This document shows positions 1 to 13,270 of a stretch of DNA of 64,000 nucleotides, in pieces. Location: contig MU054400.1 of NCBI GenBank assembly GCA_013239625.1, forward strand, positions 1,099,146-1,163,145, given 5' to 3'. The notes beneath the pieces were generated by a model that had not been told where the DNA came from, did not search any database, and saw nothing but the letters and a program-made list of their open reading frames with translations. Source of the DNA: Lama guanicoe. Taxonomy: Eukaryota. Position 1 is the stretch's first letter, and each line of letters starts with the position of its first letter. A program made the position numbers and the translations under genes.

Positions 1-94
1 CCATACTCAACCATCAACAGTAATTTCTTAATATCATATTATGTCAGTACTTACTCACATTTCGTCACTTGTCCCCTAACTGTCTTTTACGGAT

Positions 95-880
95 TCACAA
101 TGCATTTCTGACACTACCTGGAATTAGGCCAAACTATACAGATTAAGGGACTCTTCATATAAAAGATTGCCCTCAGTTCAGACATCAACCACAAGCTCAG
201 TGGTTCCCAGGCCACCTTGAAGCAACTGGCTACAAATTTGGGGGTTCCCACTCTGCCCTCAGGTTTGATAATTTGCTAGAATGACTCATAGAACCCAGGA
301 AAGTGCTATACTTATGATTACAGTTTTGCTATAGCATAAAGTATACAAATCAGAAAGAACGAGAAGAAGAAATGCCATAGGGTGAAAGCCAGGAGGGTCC
401 CAAACATGAAGCTTTTGTGTCCTCTCCCTGTGGAGTCTGTGTGTGTCACTCTCCTGGCACATCATTGTGTCACCATATCCACAGAATATTGTGAACCAGG
501 AAAGCTCACCAGAGTTTCAGTATCCATAATGTGATTTTATTGGGCTTTCATTACATGGGCATGATTCATTGAGTCATTGGCCATAAGGTTGAATTTGGTC
601 TCCAGTCTTCCTCCCCTCTCTGAAAGTTGAGCTTCTTACTTGGCTTGAAGTCCCAACTTTCTAATCACATGATTGATCTTTCTGGTATGGCCAGCCTCTA
701 TTCTAAGTGATAAGTTACCTGAGGGCCCACAGGAATTACCGCTTTAGCATAAACTATCAAGTGTGGTCTCAGGAGCCCACCAAGAAAGACAGATGCTCGT
801 ATTACTTGGGAAATGCCAAGGTTCTAGAGGTTACCTCTCAGAGCCAGGAACAAAGGCCAGCCAAATTCTTTATTATACAA
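95..880 (-). mobile_element. MER21-like ERVL LTR remnant
   Basis: Recalled motifs ctggctacaaat...ggttcccac, gataatttgctagaa...ggaaagtgctatactt and terminal ttattataca. Confidence 0.65.
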
Positions 881-984
881 AATAATTTGTTCAGTCCTAG
901 ATCCAATTAAGACCACTTAAAAGAAAAGTCTTAGACTTCTTCTGTTTATTTGATGTTTTATTATGAGAATTAAAAAATATACCA

Positions 985-1110
985 GGGGGAGGGTATAGCT
1001 CAGTGGTAGAGTGCATGCTTAGGCATGCAGAAGTTCCTGGGTTCAGTCCAGTACCTCCATTAATAAACTAGCAAACAAACCTAATTACCTCCCCCATACA
1101 AAACAACAAC
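985..1110 (+). mobile_element. tRNA-Ala-derived camelid SINE (Vic-1-like)
   Basis: GGGTATAGCTCAGTGGTAGAG A-box, GGTTCA B-box, CCTAATTACCTCCCC tail, approximate TSD ATACCAG. Confidence 0.85.
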
Positions 1111-2829
1111 AAAATCATACCAGAGAGTAGAGAGAAAAGTGAAATGATCTCCCTTGTACATATTGCCCAACTTGCACAAAGATAACCATTTGATTGATCT
1201 TTTTCAACTCTTTTCTCCTACCTTTTTTGGAAATGGGGACGTACCTGAAGTATTTTAAAGCAAATCTCAAACATTTCTGTTAATTCATTATTTTATATCT
1301 CTAACTGATAAGGCAGTTTTCTTTTTTTTTTAAACGTAACTCTCATGCTATTATCACGTCTTAACAGTTATTAGTAATTCCTTAATATAATCTAATACCG
1401 TCCATATTGAAATTTCTCTTACTGTCTTAAAAGTGTCACTTTATAGGTAGTTTGCTCTATTTTCAATTCAGTTAAGGTCCATACTTATAACTTACTTGGT
1501 TTTCATGTCTGCTGAGTCTCTTTTATTATATGATAGTAATCCCTATTTCATATTATTGATTCATTGGAGAAACCAGGCCATTTATCCTGTAGGTATTCCA
1601 CATTCAGGATTTGTGTGTTCCAGTGTTGTTTTTTCGCTTGCTTCTCTAATTCTTGTGAAGTAATGGTTTGAAGCTTGATTTAATTCATGGTTTTGTTGTT
1701 TTTGTTGTTTGGATGTGGGGAGGAGCATCACATAAGTGGTGCTGTGTACTTTCGCATCACATCAGAAGGTACATAATCAATGGTTGTCCCCCATATAGTG
1801 ATTCTAGTGTGTTCAGGTGATGTCAGCCTGATCCTTCTATTATTAAAGCTCTCTATTAATCTTCACCTAATAGCTTAGCATCCATTTATGATACTTATTT
1901 GAGTCAGTTAGTTAGAAGCTGTAAACTTGTATCGTCATGCTGTTTCTGCCATATTTATGTTTATGAGGTGCCATTCTTCTATAAAGAGCTTTTCTTCATC
2001 AGTAGGCTTACCCTGAAGTGTAGTTCCTACTGTAAAGGAAGAATAAATGTTTAATTCTTTTAATTACCAATTTCAAAGTAAAGAGTTGGTGAAATAGTCA
2101 TCTCTTAGTGGTAGCTGGTTATTTGTGAGTGTGTATGTGTTTCTGGCTGTTGGTTTTCTATGGATTTTTCTTGAGTGTCATCATAGACCTGTGGATTTAT
2201 ACCATATTATTTGAAACAATTATAGTCATTCTTTTTGATGCACAAGTTGTTTCATCTTTGATCAGTGGGAGCCATTTCAGGTTGGTAGCTTTTTGACATG
2301 ATGTATGTATCTTTGAAAAATTTCTTGTTTTCATGCACAACAGACGGCCCAGGTTCATCTTACGAGCTCATCCTGCACATCTGAAAACAACCATTTCTCA
2401 ATGTAGACATACAGGCGGCCAAGAGGCACATGAAAAGATGCTCAGCATTACTAATTATCAGGGAAGTCCAAATCAAAACCACAGTGAAATATTACCTCAC
2501 ACCTGTCAGATGGCTGTTATCAAAGAGACAACAGATAACAGGTGTTGGTGGGGATGTAGAGAAAAGGTAACCCTTTTACACTGTTGGTGGGAATATGAAT
2601 TGGTGCAGCCACTATGGAAAACGGTATGGAGGTGTCTCAAAAAACTAAAAATAGAACTACCATATGATCCAGAATTCCACACCTGGATCTTTATCTAAAG
2701 AAAAGAAAAATTAATTACAAAGGGTATATGTACCCCTGTGTTCATAGCAGCATTATTCACAATAGCCAAGATACGAAAGCAACCCAAGTACCCATCAATA
2801 GGTGAATGGATAAAGAAGACGTGGTGTGT

Positions 2830-2831
<2 letters not shown>

Positions 2832-2886
<55 letters not shown>
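2832..2886. repeat. (CA)27 microsatellite
   Basis: Perfect dinucleotide run inside the L1. Confidence 0.97.
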
Positions 2887-2888
<2 letters not shown>

Positions 2889-3596
2889 GGCACACTACTC
2901 AGCCACAAAAAAGAATGATGCCTTGCCATTTGTGACAACATGGATGGACCTAGATGGTATTATGCCAAATGAAATAAGTCACACAGAGAAGGACAAATAC
3001 TGTATGATTTCCTTTGGTGGAATCTTAAAAAAAAACAAAGCAAATGAGCAAACGGAACAGAACAGAAACAGTATAAATACAAAGAACAAACAGGTGGATA
3101 CCAGAGGGGAGGGGGATGGAGGGAGGAAAGAAATAGGTGAGGAAGATTAAGAGATGCAAACTTTCAATTGTAAAATGAGCCAAAGCAATGAAATGTACAG
3201 TGTGGGAAATATAGTCCATAACTATGTAATATCTTTGTATGGTGACACTGTAACCAGGCTTACTGTGGTGATCATTTTGAAATGTATAGAAATAACCAAA
3301 TCACTATGTTGTTTAACAGCAACTAAGAGTTAGTTGTAGGTCAAATGTATTTCAAAAACAAACAAACTCAGAGAAAAAGAAATCAGATTTGTGGTTACCA
3401 GAGGTGAGGGTGGGTGGAGGGAGAAATTGGATGAAGGCAATCAAAAGGTACAGACTTACAGTTATAAGGTAAATAAGTGCTAGGATGTAATGTACAGCAA
3501 TGATAAATATAATGAACACTGCTGTATGTTATATATGAAAGTTGTTGAGGGTAAATCCTTTGAGTTCAAATCACACAGTTTTTTTTCTATGTCTCT

Positions 3597-3694
3597 ATTT
3601 TTATTTTTATTATTATTTTTTAAATGGAGCTAGTGGGGATTGGACTCATGACCTTGTCCAAGCATGTGCTCTACCACTGAGCTATACCTACCCC
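3597..3694 (-). mobile_element. Vic-1-like SINE nested in L1 3'UTR
   Basis: Reverse complement of the tRNA-like head (ctaccactgagctatacc) with T-rich tail. Confidence 0.8.
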
Positions 3695-4379
3695 TCTCTC
3701 TCTTTAATTTTGTATCTGTATGAGATGATGAATGTTCACTGAACTTAGGATAATTTTCTCAAGATGTATGTAAGTTAAATCAATATATATATATACCGTT
3801 AACTTATACAGTGCTGTATGTCAATTATATCTCAATAAAACTGGGAGAAAAAAAGAATTAATGCAGAAATGATATATTGAGAGCTCAAAATCTGGGTATC
3901 AGGGATGCTCATTGATACTGTCCTACAGATATTTTTAAAAAATCACGTTTGTATTGATTTTTACTTATTTGCTATATTGCATATATACATAAATGGTTTA
4001 AAGATAGTAATTCTGATAATACAGCTAACAAGAAAAAGTAAAATCTAAAATCTTTGCAGTTCTTAGAATATATTTCAGTAATATATACAGTTAGAATACT
4101 GAGTTTTAAAGTTACTTGAAATTATTTTTTATGGGGTCATTTTACTAATTTCAGGTACAATTAGGTTTATTTGTTTCAGTTTGGATTCATTTGAGGGGTT
4201 TAAAATGATATTGTTTGAAATATGTAATACATAGTTGCTTTGGAAACTCAAAATGTAGGGATATGTAAAAAGAAAAAGTATAAAAGTAAAAAACAATTCC
4301 ACCATTGGAAATATCCATTATTAAAATACTTGTTTAGGTAACATTTATTGAAAATATAACATGGATTATAATTGTTGTA

Positions 4380-4830
4380 AAACTTTTTTTAAAATACAGT
4401 TCACATATCACAAAATTCACTCATTAAAGGTGTACAGTTCAGTGGTTTTTGGTATTTTCATGAATGGTGGTAATCACCACTACAATCTGTTGAAAATGTT
4501 TCAGAACATTTTCAGTATTGCAAGCAGAAACTCCATGCTCATTAGCATTTGTTTTCTATTCTTCTCTCCCCACAGCCCCTAGCAACCACTAATTTACTTT
4601 CTGTTTCTGGATTTGCCTATTCTAGACATTTTACATAAATGGAAACAAAACGTGTAGCTTTTGTGACTTCTTTCATTTAGCATGTTTTCTTTGTGAGCTA
4701 TGCCATTGTTCTTTTATTGCCGAATAATATTCCATTATATAGATTTATTGTATTTCATTTATCCACTCATCAGTTGATGGATATTTGGTTTTTTTCCACT
4801 TTGTGTGGATGTATGTTTTCATTTCTCTTG
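4380..4830 (-). mobile_element. Old L1 (L1MA/MB-type) 3' fragment
   Basis: cccctagcaaccactaatttactttctg, cattatatagatt and cagttgatggat motifs. Confidence 0.7.
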
Positions 4831-4969
4831 AGGATTACATTTAACATCGTAAATTTCTAACAATCTAGTTTGAACTGGTACTGACTTAACCTCAATATCA
4901 TACGAAGACTCTCCTATAATGGTTCTGTCCTCACTCCTTTAAATGTTGTCACAAATTGTAATTAAAAAA

Positions 4970-5092
4970 ATTTTTTTTTGGTGGTGGGGAATTAGGTTTG
5001 TTTATTTATTTTTTAATGGAGTTACTGGGGATTGAACCCAGGATATCGTGCATGCTAAGCACATGCTCTGCCACTGAGCTTTACCCTCCCCC
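4970..5092 (-). mobile_element. Vic-1-like SINE
   Basis: ctggggattgaacccagg...ccactgagct; CACAAATTG on both sides. Confidence 0.85.
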
Positions 5093-7127
5093 CACAAATT
5101 GCAGTTTTATATTACAACATGGATGAACTTGGAGGGCATTATGGTAAGTGAAATAAGCCGGACATAGAAAGACAATAACATAGATTTACAATAATTATTA
5201 TGCATTTTTCTATAGTAAGTAAGTCCTATAAATGAAGTCCTGTGGTAAATAAAAAAGAGAATTGGAAACCAAAAACCCACAGTACTGGCTTTTAGCCCAT
5301 TTACCCTTAGCAGAGGTCTCTATTTCTTCCTATAGCTTTGAGTTAACTGTAGTATCCTGCCGTTTTTCAACCTGAAGGACTTGTAACATTTATTGTAGGC
5401 CAGGTCCAATGGCATCAAACTTCCTCAATTTTTATTTATCTGAGAATGTTCCAGTTTCTCCCTCATTTTTGAAGGACAGTTTTTGCCAGATGCGGAATTC
5501 TTGGTTAAGAGTTTTTTTTCTTTTGACAATTTAGATATGTCATCCTGCTATCTTCTGGCCTCCAAGATTTCTGATTAGAAATTGGCTGTTCATCTTACTG
5601 AGGCTCCTTGTAAATGATGAGTTTCTTCTGTTGTACTTAAAGATTCTTTGTCTCTGTTTTTCAACGGTTTGGTTATAATGTGTCTTGGTTTGAATCTCTT
5701 TGAGTTTATCCTATTTCGAGCTCATTGAGCTTCTTGAATTCATAGATTCATGTCTTTCTTCAAATCTGGGAAGTTTTTGGCCATTGTTTTTTAAAAAATA
5801 CTCTTTCTACCTTTTTCTCTCTTCTGGGACTTCTGTAATGTGTATGTTGATATTCTTAATGGCATCCCACGGGTCCTTTAGGCTCTCATTTGCTTTTCTT
5901 TTTTCTTTTTTTCTTCCTTTGCAGACATAGCTCTACCTTGAAGTTTGCTGATTTTTTTCTTTTGCTTGCTCAAATCTGCTATTGTACCCCTCTAGAAAAT
6001 TTTGTTTCAGTTATTGTATTTTTTCTGCTCCAGAAGTATAGAAAGGAGAACATCAAAACCTTATTTTGACCCTTTTCTAGAACTAACCACTGTTAACAGT
6101 TCATATTTATATACACACACACTATATGTATACATGTATGTATACACAAAAAGTCATGCACATATATGTGCTTGTTGAGGTTTTTTTTTAGCTTTTTATT
6201 TTGATATAATTTCAGATGTACCAGAAAGGTTGCAGTAATAGTACAAATACTTCCTGTATACCTTCTACTCAGATTACCTAAATGTTTTTCTTACCTTCTT
6301 TACTCACTCTGCTTCTCTATCATCTTACCAATCTATGCTTACATTTACATATTATTTTATTCCTAACTGCTTGAAAGTAAGTTGCAGACATGATATTCTA
6401 TACAGTGTGTGCTTCCTAAAAACAAGGACATTCTCTTACATAGCCACATACTAATGATCAAAGTCAGGAAATTAGCTGTTACTGCATCACTAGTTGTCCA
6501 GTAATATCCTTACAGCAAAAGAATATCCTGGGATCATGCATTTAGTTGTTTTGTCTCTTTAATCGCCTTTAATCTGAAATAATTTCTAAGTCTTTGTCTC
6601 ATGACTTTGACATACTTGTAGAATACAGGCCATTTATTTCATAGAATGTCCCTCAAGATGGGTTTGTTTGATACTTCTTCATGATTAGATTCACTTTGTT
6701 TGATACTTTCTCATGATAAGTTAATTTTTGGCAGGAATACCACAGAATTGATGTGTTCTTTGTGCATCATATATGGAGGTGTCAATTTGTCCCATTATTG
6801 GTGGTGTTAATTTTGATACTTGATCAAGGAGGTGTCTGCCAAAATAAAGTTAATGTTTTCTCCACTATAATTAATAAAAAATATATTTTGGGGAGCTACT
6901 TTGAGATTATGTGTGTATCCTGTTACTCTCATGGAACTTTAACCCACTTGTTTTAACATCTACTGATAGTGATTTTTCAGATTATTGATGTGATTATTGA
7001 TGTGATGGTTGTCAATTATGAGTTAGATGTAATGCACAGTGTTAGAAATTTAAATTGTGATTATTCTGCAGTCTCTTTCATTTTGCACTCTAGCAGTAAC
7101 GTCTTTTTGTTTTAGTTCTTTATTTTA

Positions 7128-7135
7128 TTTTATTT

Positions 7136-7183
<48 letters not shown>

Positions 7184-7267
7184 TGGAAGCAGATACTGGG
7201 GATTGAACCCAGGACCTTGTGCATGCTAGGCATGCACTCTATCACTGAGCTATGCCCTCCTCCTTCT
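7128..7267 (-). mobile_element. Vic-1-like SINE with (TTTA)n tail
   Basis: tRNA-like head; TSD TTAGTTCTTTATTTTA at about 7112 and 7268. Confidence 0.87.
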
Positions 7268-7357
7268 TAGTTCTTTATTTTAGAAAGTTCCATACTTAAA
7301 AATGTAGATCCAGCTGCAACAGCTATCAATCTTTTTTTAAAAATTGAGATATAGTTA

Positions 7358-7500
7358 GAGTGGGAAAGTATAGCTCAGTGGTAGAGTGCACACTTAGCAT
7401 GCATGAGGTCTTGGATTCAATCCCTAGTACCTCCATTAAAAAAAACCCAAACAAACCTAATTACCTCCCCTGCCAAACAAAAATGAAACACAAAAAATCT
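7358..7500 (+). mobile_element. Vic-1-like SINE
   Basis: TATAGCTCAGTGGTAGAG...CCTAATTACCTCCCC; degenerate TSD AAAAATTGAG(A/G)TATA. Confidence 0.85.
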
Positions 7501-9478
7501 GCATATTAAAAAAATTGAGGTATAATTGTTGTACAATATTATGTAAGTTTCACTTGTACAGCATAGTGATTCACAATTTTGAAAGGTTATACTCCATTTA
7601 TAATTACTATAACAATATTATTTTATATACAGACCTTCTTCCCAATTATTCTGAAGCAAATCCCAGTCATATCATTCTATCTGTAAATATATTTTTGTGT
7701 ATTTCTGAAAGATAGGAATTAAAAAACTGTATCCTGCCTTAAAAATTAACTTAGTATTTAATGTGTCAAATATCCAGTTGTTTTCTCAATTGTTTTGTCT
7801 TTTTTCCCCAGTTTATTTGGATTGGGATCCAAATATAATTTGTATCTTGTGATTCTTTTAGGTGTATCTCTTATGCTCTTTTTTAGTCTATAGATTCCTT
7901 CCTTTCTACAGTTTTTTTTAAATTCTGTGTTGAAGGAAACAGTAATTTTTTCCTAAAAAGTTTCCTACAGCCAGGAGTTTGCTAACTGTTAAATTCAATT
8001 TACTACTATTTTAATTAGAATTTAGTGTGTATATATAAATGTAAGTATACCCATATACAAATATATGAGGTTTGTTTCTTATTTTCCTTTTTTATCCTTC
8101 CCTTGTCAAGTTTTGGTATTAGTATTCTGCTAATCTCATATAGTAACTTGGCAGTTGGGCAACATTCATTCAACAGGTACTTACTGAGCACTACTTACAG
8201 GCACTGTGCTTGGTGAGATGGTGAACAAAACAGAAATGGCTCTTAAAGTGCTCATAGTGCTTAAGCCTAGTGGGGAAGATCGCCCATAAATAAATCCTGT
8301 ATACAACTACGAACTGCTGTGTTTGTTTCCATTTTATATATTGGAATAATTTAAGTAAAATAGTCTTTTTCTTAAAGATTTGATAGAACTTTTAAAGGCA
8401 TCTATCCTGGTGCTTATTTTTACATGTAAGTATTTTATTTGTCTGTGAAACTACTTAGCATCCCTTACCTTCTCCCCTCAAAACTTGATATTCTGTGAAG
8501 TGGTACTACCTTTATATTGTTTGTTCCCTGGTATTGCAGTGTTCCCCTGGGGTATGAGTTCTCAAGTTTGGTGAGCAAGGCTGTTACTTCTTTGCTTCCA
8601 TGGGAAAAAAAATCATTCAGATTTCACATGACTGGAACAGTCAGAGTGATGTAATCCACTGAGTGTGAAGACTGCTGGAAGAAGAAAAATTATATTTGTG
8701 ATTACTTCTCTCAGGTCAGATTAATAGCCTCTGGTATGATAGTTAGGTTCTTTGTATTTCAAATCAACCAATTATTTTGTATTGGCTACTTATAAGGTGA
8801 AATAGTGTTATTGGTGTCAAATAGTAAGCATTTCCTTCTCCATTAAAAAAAAAATGGGTGTGGACTATGTATACTTACTGAGTCATAGACTCAACAAGTG
8901 ATTACATGTATTTATGTGACCTCATAACTAAGGCTGTGTAGTCTTGTGATGCCTTTCTTATATGTATAAGACAGTAAAAACCATTGAATTACATATTTAT
9001 AAAAGAATTTATCTAGACACTTAAAGATTTTGAAAAAATTGTCAGACATCATTTACTCAAGGCTTCTCTTTTTACAGAAGCCCTGAATTTTTTACTTTAT
9101 TCTTTCAAAGGTTTTGACTAGCTCCAAACCATCCCAAACTGATGAAAGAAGTGAGACTAGAACACAAGTTTTTAACTGTGCAAAGTGCTCTTTTCTCTTT
9201 CATATTCTTTTATAAGTTGTGACATGATGTTTGAAAGAGTTGGGGAGGAGATATTTTTGATTCAACAATTTCTTGAAATTATTTTTTTTCCAGTTAATGT
9301 TCATTCACAGTTTTAAAAATTAAATTGGGTAGGTTTGTGGCTGTATTTCCTATTGGGATATTGTACTCTTATTCACTAAATTCCAAATTACATTGAAGAA
9401 ACCATGTTAAGTGAATTTTAATGAATTGGTTAAGGTACTGACTTGAAATTTTTAATTGAGTAATCCTGTTCTAACTTT

Positions 9479-11032
9479 TTTAAAATTTTAATTATTTATT
9501 TATGTGTTTATTTTACAATATCATTTTAAAATTGAAGTATAGTATTATGTTGTACAGTATTATGTTTATAGGTATACAACATAGTGATTCACAATTTTTA
9601 AAGGTTATACTCCATTTATAGTTATTATAAAATATTGGCTATATTCCCCATGGTGTACAAACACATCCTTGTAGCTTATTTTATACCTAATGGTTTGTAC
9701 CTCTTAATCTTCCACTTCCATTTGTTCCTTCCAAATTATGCCTTGGCCTGGGAGATATTCCTCTGTTGCCGCATACTGTCTGTCTTTCTATATGTATTTT
9801 TAGATAGGTTAGTTATGTTTTTCCACCTTGGAAAAGTGGCCCTCTGTGAGACATCATATGTGTCCCAGCAGGATACTCCTCTCTTGTCACCCAAGGGCCA
9901 GGGTCCAGCTGGTCCCAGTGTAGAGTCTGGCCTGTGTTTGTGGATTTCTTCCCAGGCTTTGGGATTGTTGTTTTCTTATTTCTGGTGTCTTCCTACTGGT
10001 GGATGAGGCTGGATTAGAGGCTTATGCAGGTTTTCTGGCAGGAATTGTTGCCTTCCCACTGCTGGATGAAGCTTGGTCCTGGACCTCTGATGGTGGGTAG
10101 GGCTGTGTCTGTGGGCGTTTGTGGCTCAGGAAGTCTGCTGATGGGTGAGGCTGTGTTCTCACCCAGTATGTTGTTTGGCCTGAGGCTTCCCAGCCCTTAA
10201 GCCTACAGATTGTTGTGTGGGGCTAGGTCTTGGTGCTAATGATCCAATCAAGATGTCAGCCTCCAGGAAACCTCATGTAGATGAACACTCCTGGAATGTG
10301 TGCCACCAGCTTTTATGTCCCTTGAGTGAGTCGCAGCTGTCCCCTACCTCTCCAGGAGATCCTCCAAAACCAGCAGGCAGGTCTGGCCCAAGTTCCTATG
10401 AAATCACTGCCTCTGCCCTTGGACCTGGCACATGCAAGATTCTGTGAATGCTTCCCAAGAGAGTAAAGTCTCGGTTTCCCCCAGTCCTGTGGGACTCTTG
10501 GAGTTAAGCTCTGCTGGGCTTCAGAATCAGATGTCCTGGCTTCTCCTCCTTCTCCCAATGTCAGAACCCTGGGCTGGGAATCCTGACATGGGACTTAGAA
10601 CTCTCACTCCTGTGGGAGGGCCTCTGCAACCCATTATTTTTCAGCTTGTGGGTCACCCACCCTGGAGTATGGGGCCCGATTTTATTATGAGCACGTCCCT
10701 TCTACCATCCTGCTGTTGTTCCCTCTTTATGTTTCCAGTTGAAGAAGATCTTCTTTGCTAGGTTCCAGTCTTTTTTTTTTTTTTGGATGGTTGTTTAGCA
10801 GTTAGTTTTGTTTTTGTTGTAGTGAGGAGAGGTGAGCTTGTGGTCAACCATGGAGATGTATTGAATGGAAGAAAACTTACTAAAGTAAAATTGAAGTGAT
10901 GGGTAAATCATGTTGCTAAGCTATATAGATGAAAAAGGTCAAGTTCTGAGCAAAAGGAAACCAAAAGAATTTGGAGAGAGACCTCAGATCTAGGTGAGGA
11001 AGAGTTTGAATATAGGTAGCTGTCATGGTCTC
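9479..11032 (-). mobile_element. Internally deleted or composite L1 flanked by TSD
   Basis: TSD CCTGTTCTAACTTT at 9465-9478 and 11033-11046. L1 3' end at 9479-9722, ORF1-like start MRQQRNISQ at 9774, artiodactyl-type L1 5'UTR up to about 10840. Confidence 0.75.
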
Positions 11033-11149
11033 CCTGTTCTAACTTTCAACTGTTCAGTACTTTGGTTCTTACATTATGTTAGTCTCACTGGCCTTACAGT
11101 TTCAGACTATTTATTGGCAACTACAAGAAATCATTGTTTAACTTTTTAA

Positions 11150-13270
11150 TTTTAAGGATATTGTTTTGTCTAGTTAGTATACCTTTGATTCGTCTGGGAT
11201 TTATTTTGGTATGGAATGTGAGGCGAACATTCAACTTTACTTTTTTGTAGGTGGCTACTCAGTTGTTCCATCACTTCACAGATATTAAATGGCACTTTTA
11301 ATGTCCACATTTGAGGTATTTTTAGGGATTTCTACTCTGTTCCATTGGTCTGTTTATGTGCCAGTACAGCACAGCTTTAAGTGTTGTATCTTGTAATAAA
11401 TATTTTAATGTCTGATAGGCTAGTCTCCTTTTATTATTTTCTTTGGAATTTTCCTGGCTTTTGCTAATTGTTGTTTCCATATGAATTTTAGAATCAGTTT
11501 GTCTAGTTAGGAAAACAAAAACAGAAGACTCCAGTTTTCATTTGTGGTGTGCCAAATTTATGTAACAACTTAGGGAGAATTGCTCTTAATGATGTTGTGT
11601 GTCCTAGCCAAGATTATCGTGTATTTTTCCAATTGTATAAGTCGTCTTCTTCTTCTTTTTCTTTTTTTTTTTGTATAAGTCTTCTTTTGAGTCTTTCAGT
11701 AGTTTTAGTTTTCTTCCTTTACATCTGAGTTTGTTCCTACTTTTTATCTCCTGGGGTACATAATGCTTCTATTACACTTCTTGTCTGGTCATTGTATATA
11801 TGAAGGCTATTTGTTTCAGAATATTAATTTTGCACCCAGAAATACTTTATTGTATTCTCTTGTATTTGTAATAGTTTTTCAGTTTTGGGGTTTCTCCAGG
11901 AAAGTCTCTTTTCTGACTTTTTATAACCTTTTACTTCTTTCATCTAATGTTAAATAATAATGTTAAATAATTGTGATAATGACACCTTTGTATTGCTCCT
12001 ATGATTAATGGAATCTGTGTAGTTTCCCCATTAGTGAGCATTCTCAACTTTGGTATGGGGAGAGATGGGTTTTGTTATTGTATTTAACCTCATGTTAAGG
12101 AGACGGCTATATGATTTTTCTTCGGAGATCTATTAATATATGGTGAATTATATCAGTAGATTCCTAATATTGAACTATCCTGTATTGCAGTAAATCCCAC
12201 TTGGACATGATGTATTCCTATAATGTACTGCTAAATTTTTGCTTTTTATTTTGAGAACTTTTTAATCTGTATGTAAGATTTTTCTGTAGTTTTTCTCATG
12301 GCATCAAAATTTTTATTTTTAAAAAAATTAAAAACTTTCCTTTTTTTCTTATGTTTTGGAACAATTAAAATTTCATTGGACTAAGGTTTCTTTTGGTGGC
12401 GAGAGCTCTTTGATAACTTTTTCTATTTCCTTTGTAGTTACAGGTCTGGTTAAGGTTTCTGCCTCTTCTATAATCAGTTTTGATAAATAATAGATTCCTA
12501 GGAGATCATCCATTTTGTCCAGGTTCTCAAATGTATTTGCAAGGAGATGAACAAAGCAATGACTTAAGATTATTTTAATTTCTTCTATTTTATATACATA
12601 TTCATCCCCCCCTTTTTAAATTAAGTTAGCTGGATGGTTACAATTTTTCAAAGAACCAGCTCTTGGGTTTATTTACTAGTTGATCTATTTTTCTAATATT
12701 TAATTGATTATTTTCTGCTTATATCTTTGCTGTTTCCATTCTTGTGTTTTCCATAGGTGTGGTTCTAAGTCCTTGTGCTGTGAATTTTCCTCTGAGAACT
12801 GCTCTATGCTGTGGATTTTCCTGAGGACTGCTTTAGTTGCATGTTGTAGGTTATCAGATTCAGTATTTTCATTGTCATTATCTTCTGCATTTTATTTTTG
12901 GTTCCCTCTTGGATCCATGAGTTCTGTAAGAGTCAGTTTAAAAATTCAGGTAGTAGGACTTTTTTGTTTTCTGATGTAATTTATAATTTTTTGCCTTTTG
13001 ACTATAGGCTGTTCTGCTTCTGACTTTTGAAATTTATTGCAATTCTTTGTGGCCAAATATTTACTCAAGTTTTTGTAAAATTCTGTGGGTACTTAAAAAG
13101 GTATGTTCTGCTTTCAGAGTACTTTTGACAGAAGTTAGATTTATCTTATTAATTACGTATTTCTACCTACTTCTGTTTCCTATAGTTTATGCTTTACGAG
13201 TGGTGATGCTAAGTTATTTGGGGCAGTTCATAATGTTAGCTCTTCATCATGGATTGCATCCTTTATCATC
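11150..13270 (-). mobile_element. Highly diverged old L1 ORF2-region fragments
   Basis: T-rich sequence with motifs ttccatatgaattttagaatcagtttgtc and ttttcaaagaaccagctcttgggttt. Confidence 0.6.

Larger units (their letters stand above)
2400..3857 (+). mobile_element. 5'-truncated L1 (end of ORF2 plus 3'UTR and A tail)
   Basis: ORF2 C-terminal peptides [17 protein letters not shown] and MFIAALFTIAK; ends tcaataaaactgggagaaaaaaag. Confidence 0.9.

Noticed and set aside
2333..3219. ORFs of 64-121 aa including HT/VC repeats
   Set aside because: Broken L1 ORF2 remnants and translation of the (CA)n microsatellite.
6663..7005. Short tandem duplications (about 32 bp x2 at 6663; 12 bp x2 at 6980)
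   Set aside because: Ordinary slippage inside old L1 sequence; no repeat-spacer (CRISPR-like) array.
8615..8720. Possible cryptic UBAP1 5'UTR exon (cag|ATTTC...CAG|gtcaga)
   Set aside because: No polypyrimidine tract at the acceptor and a weak donor; cannot be supported without transcripts.
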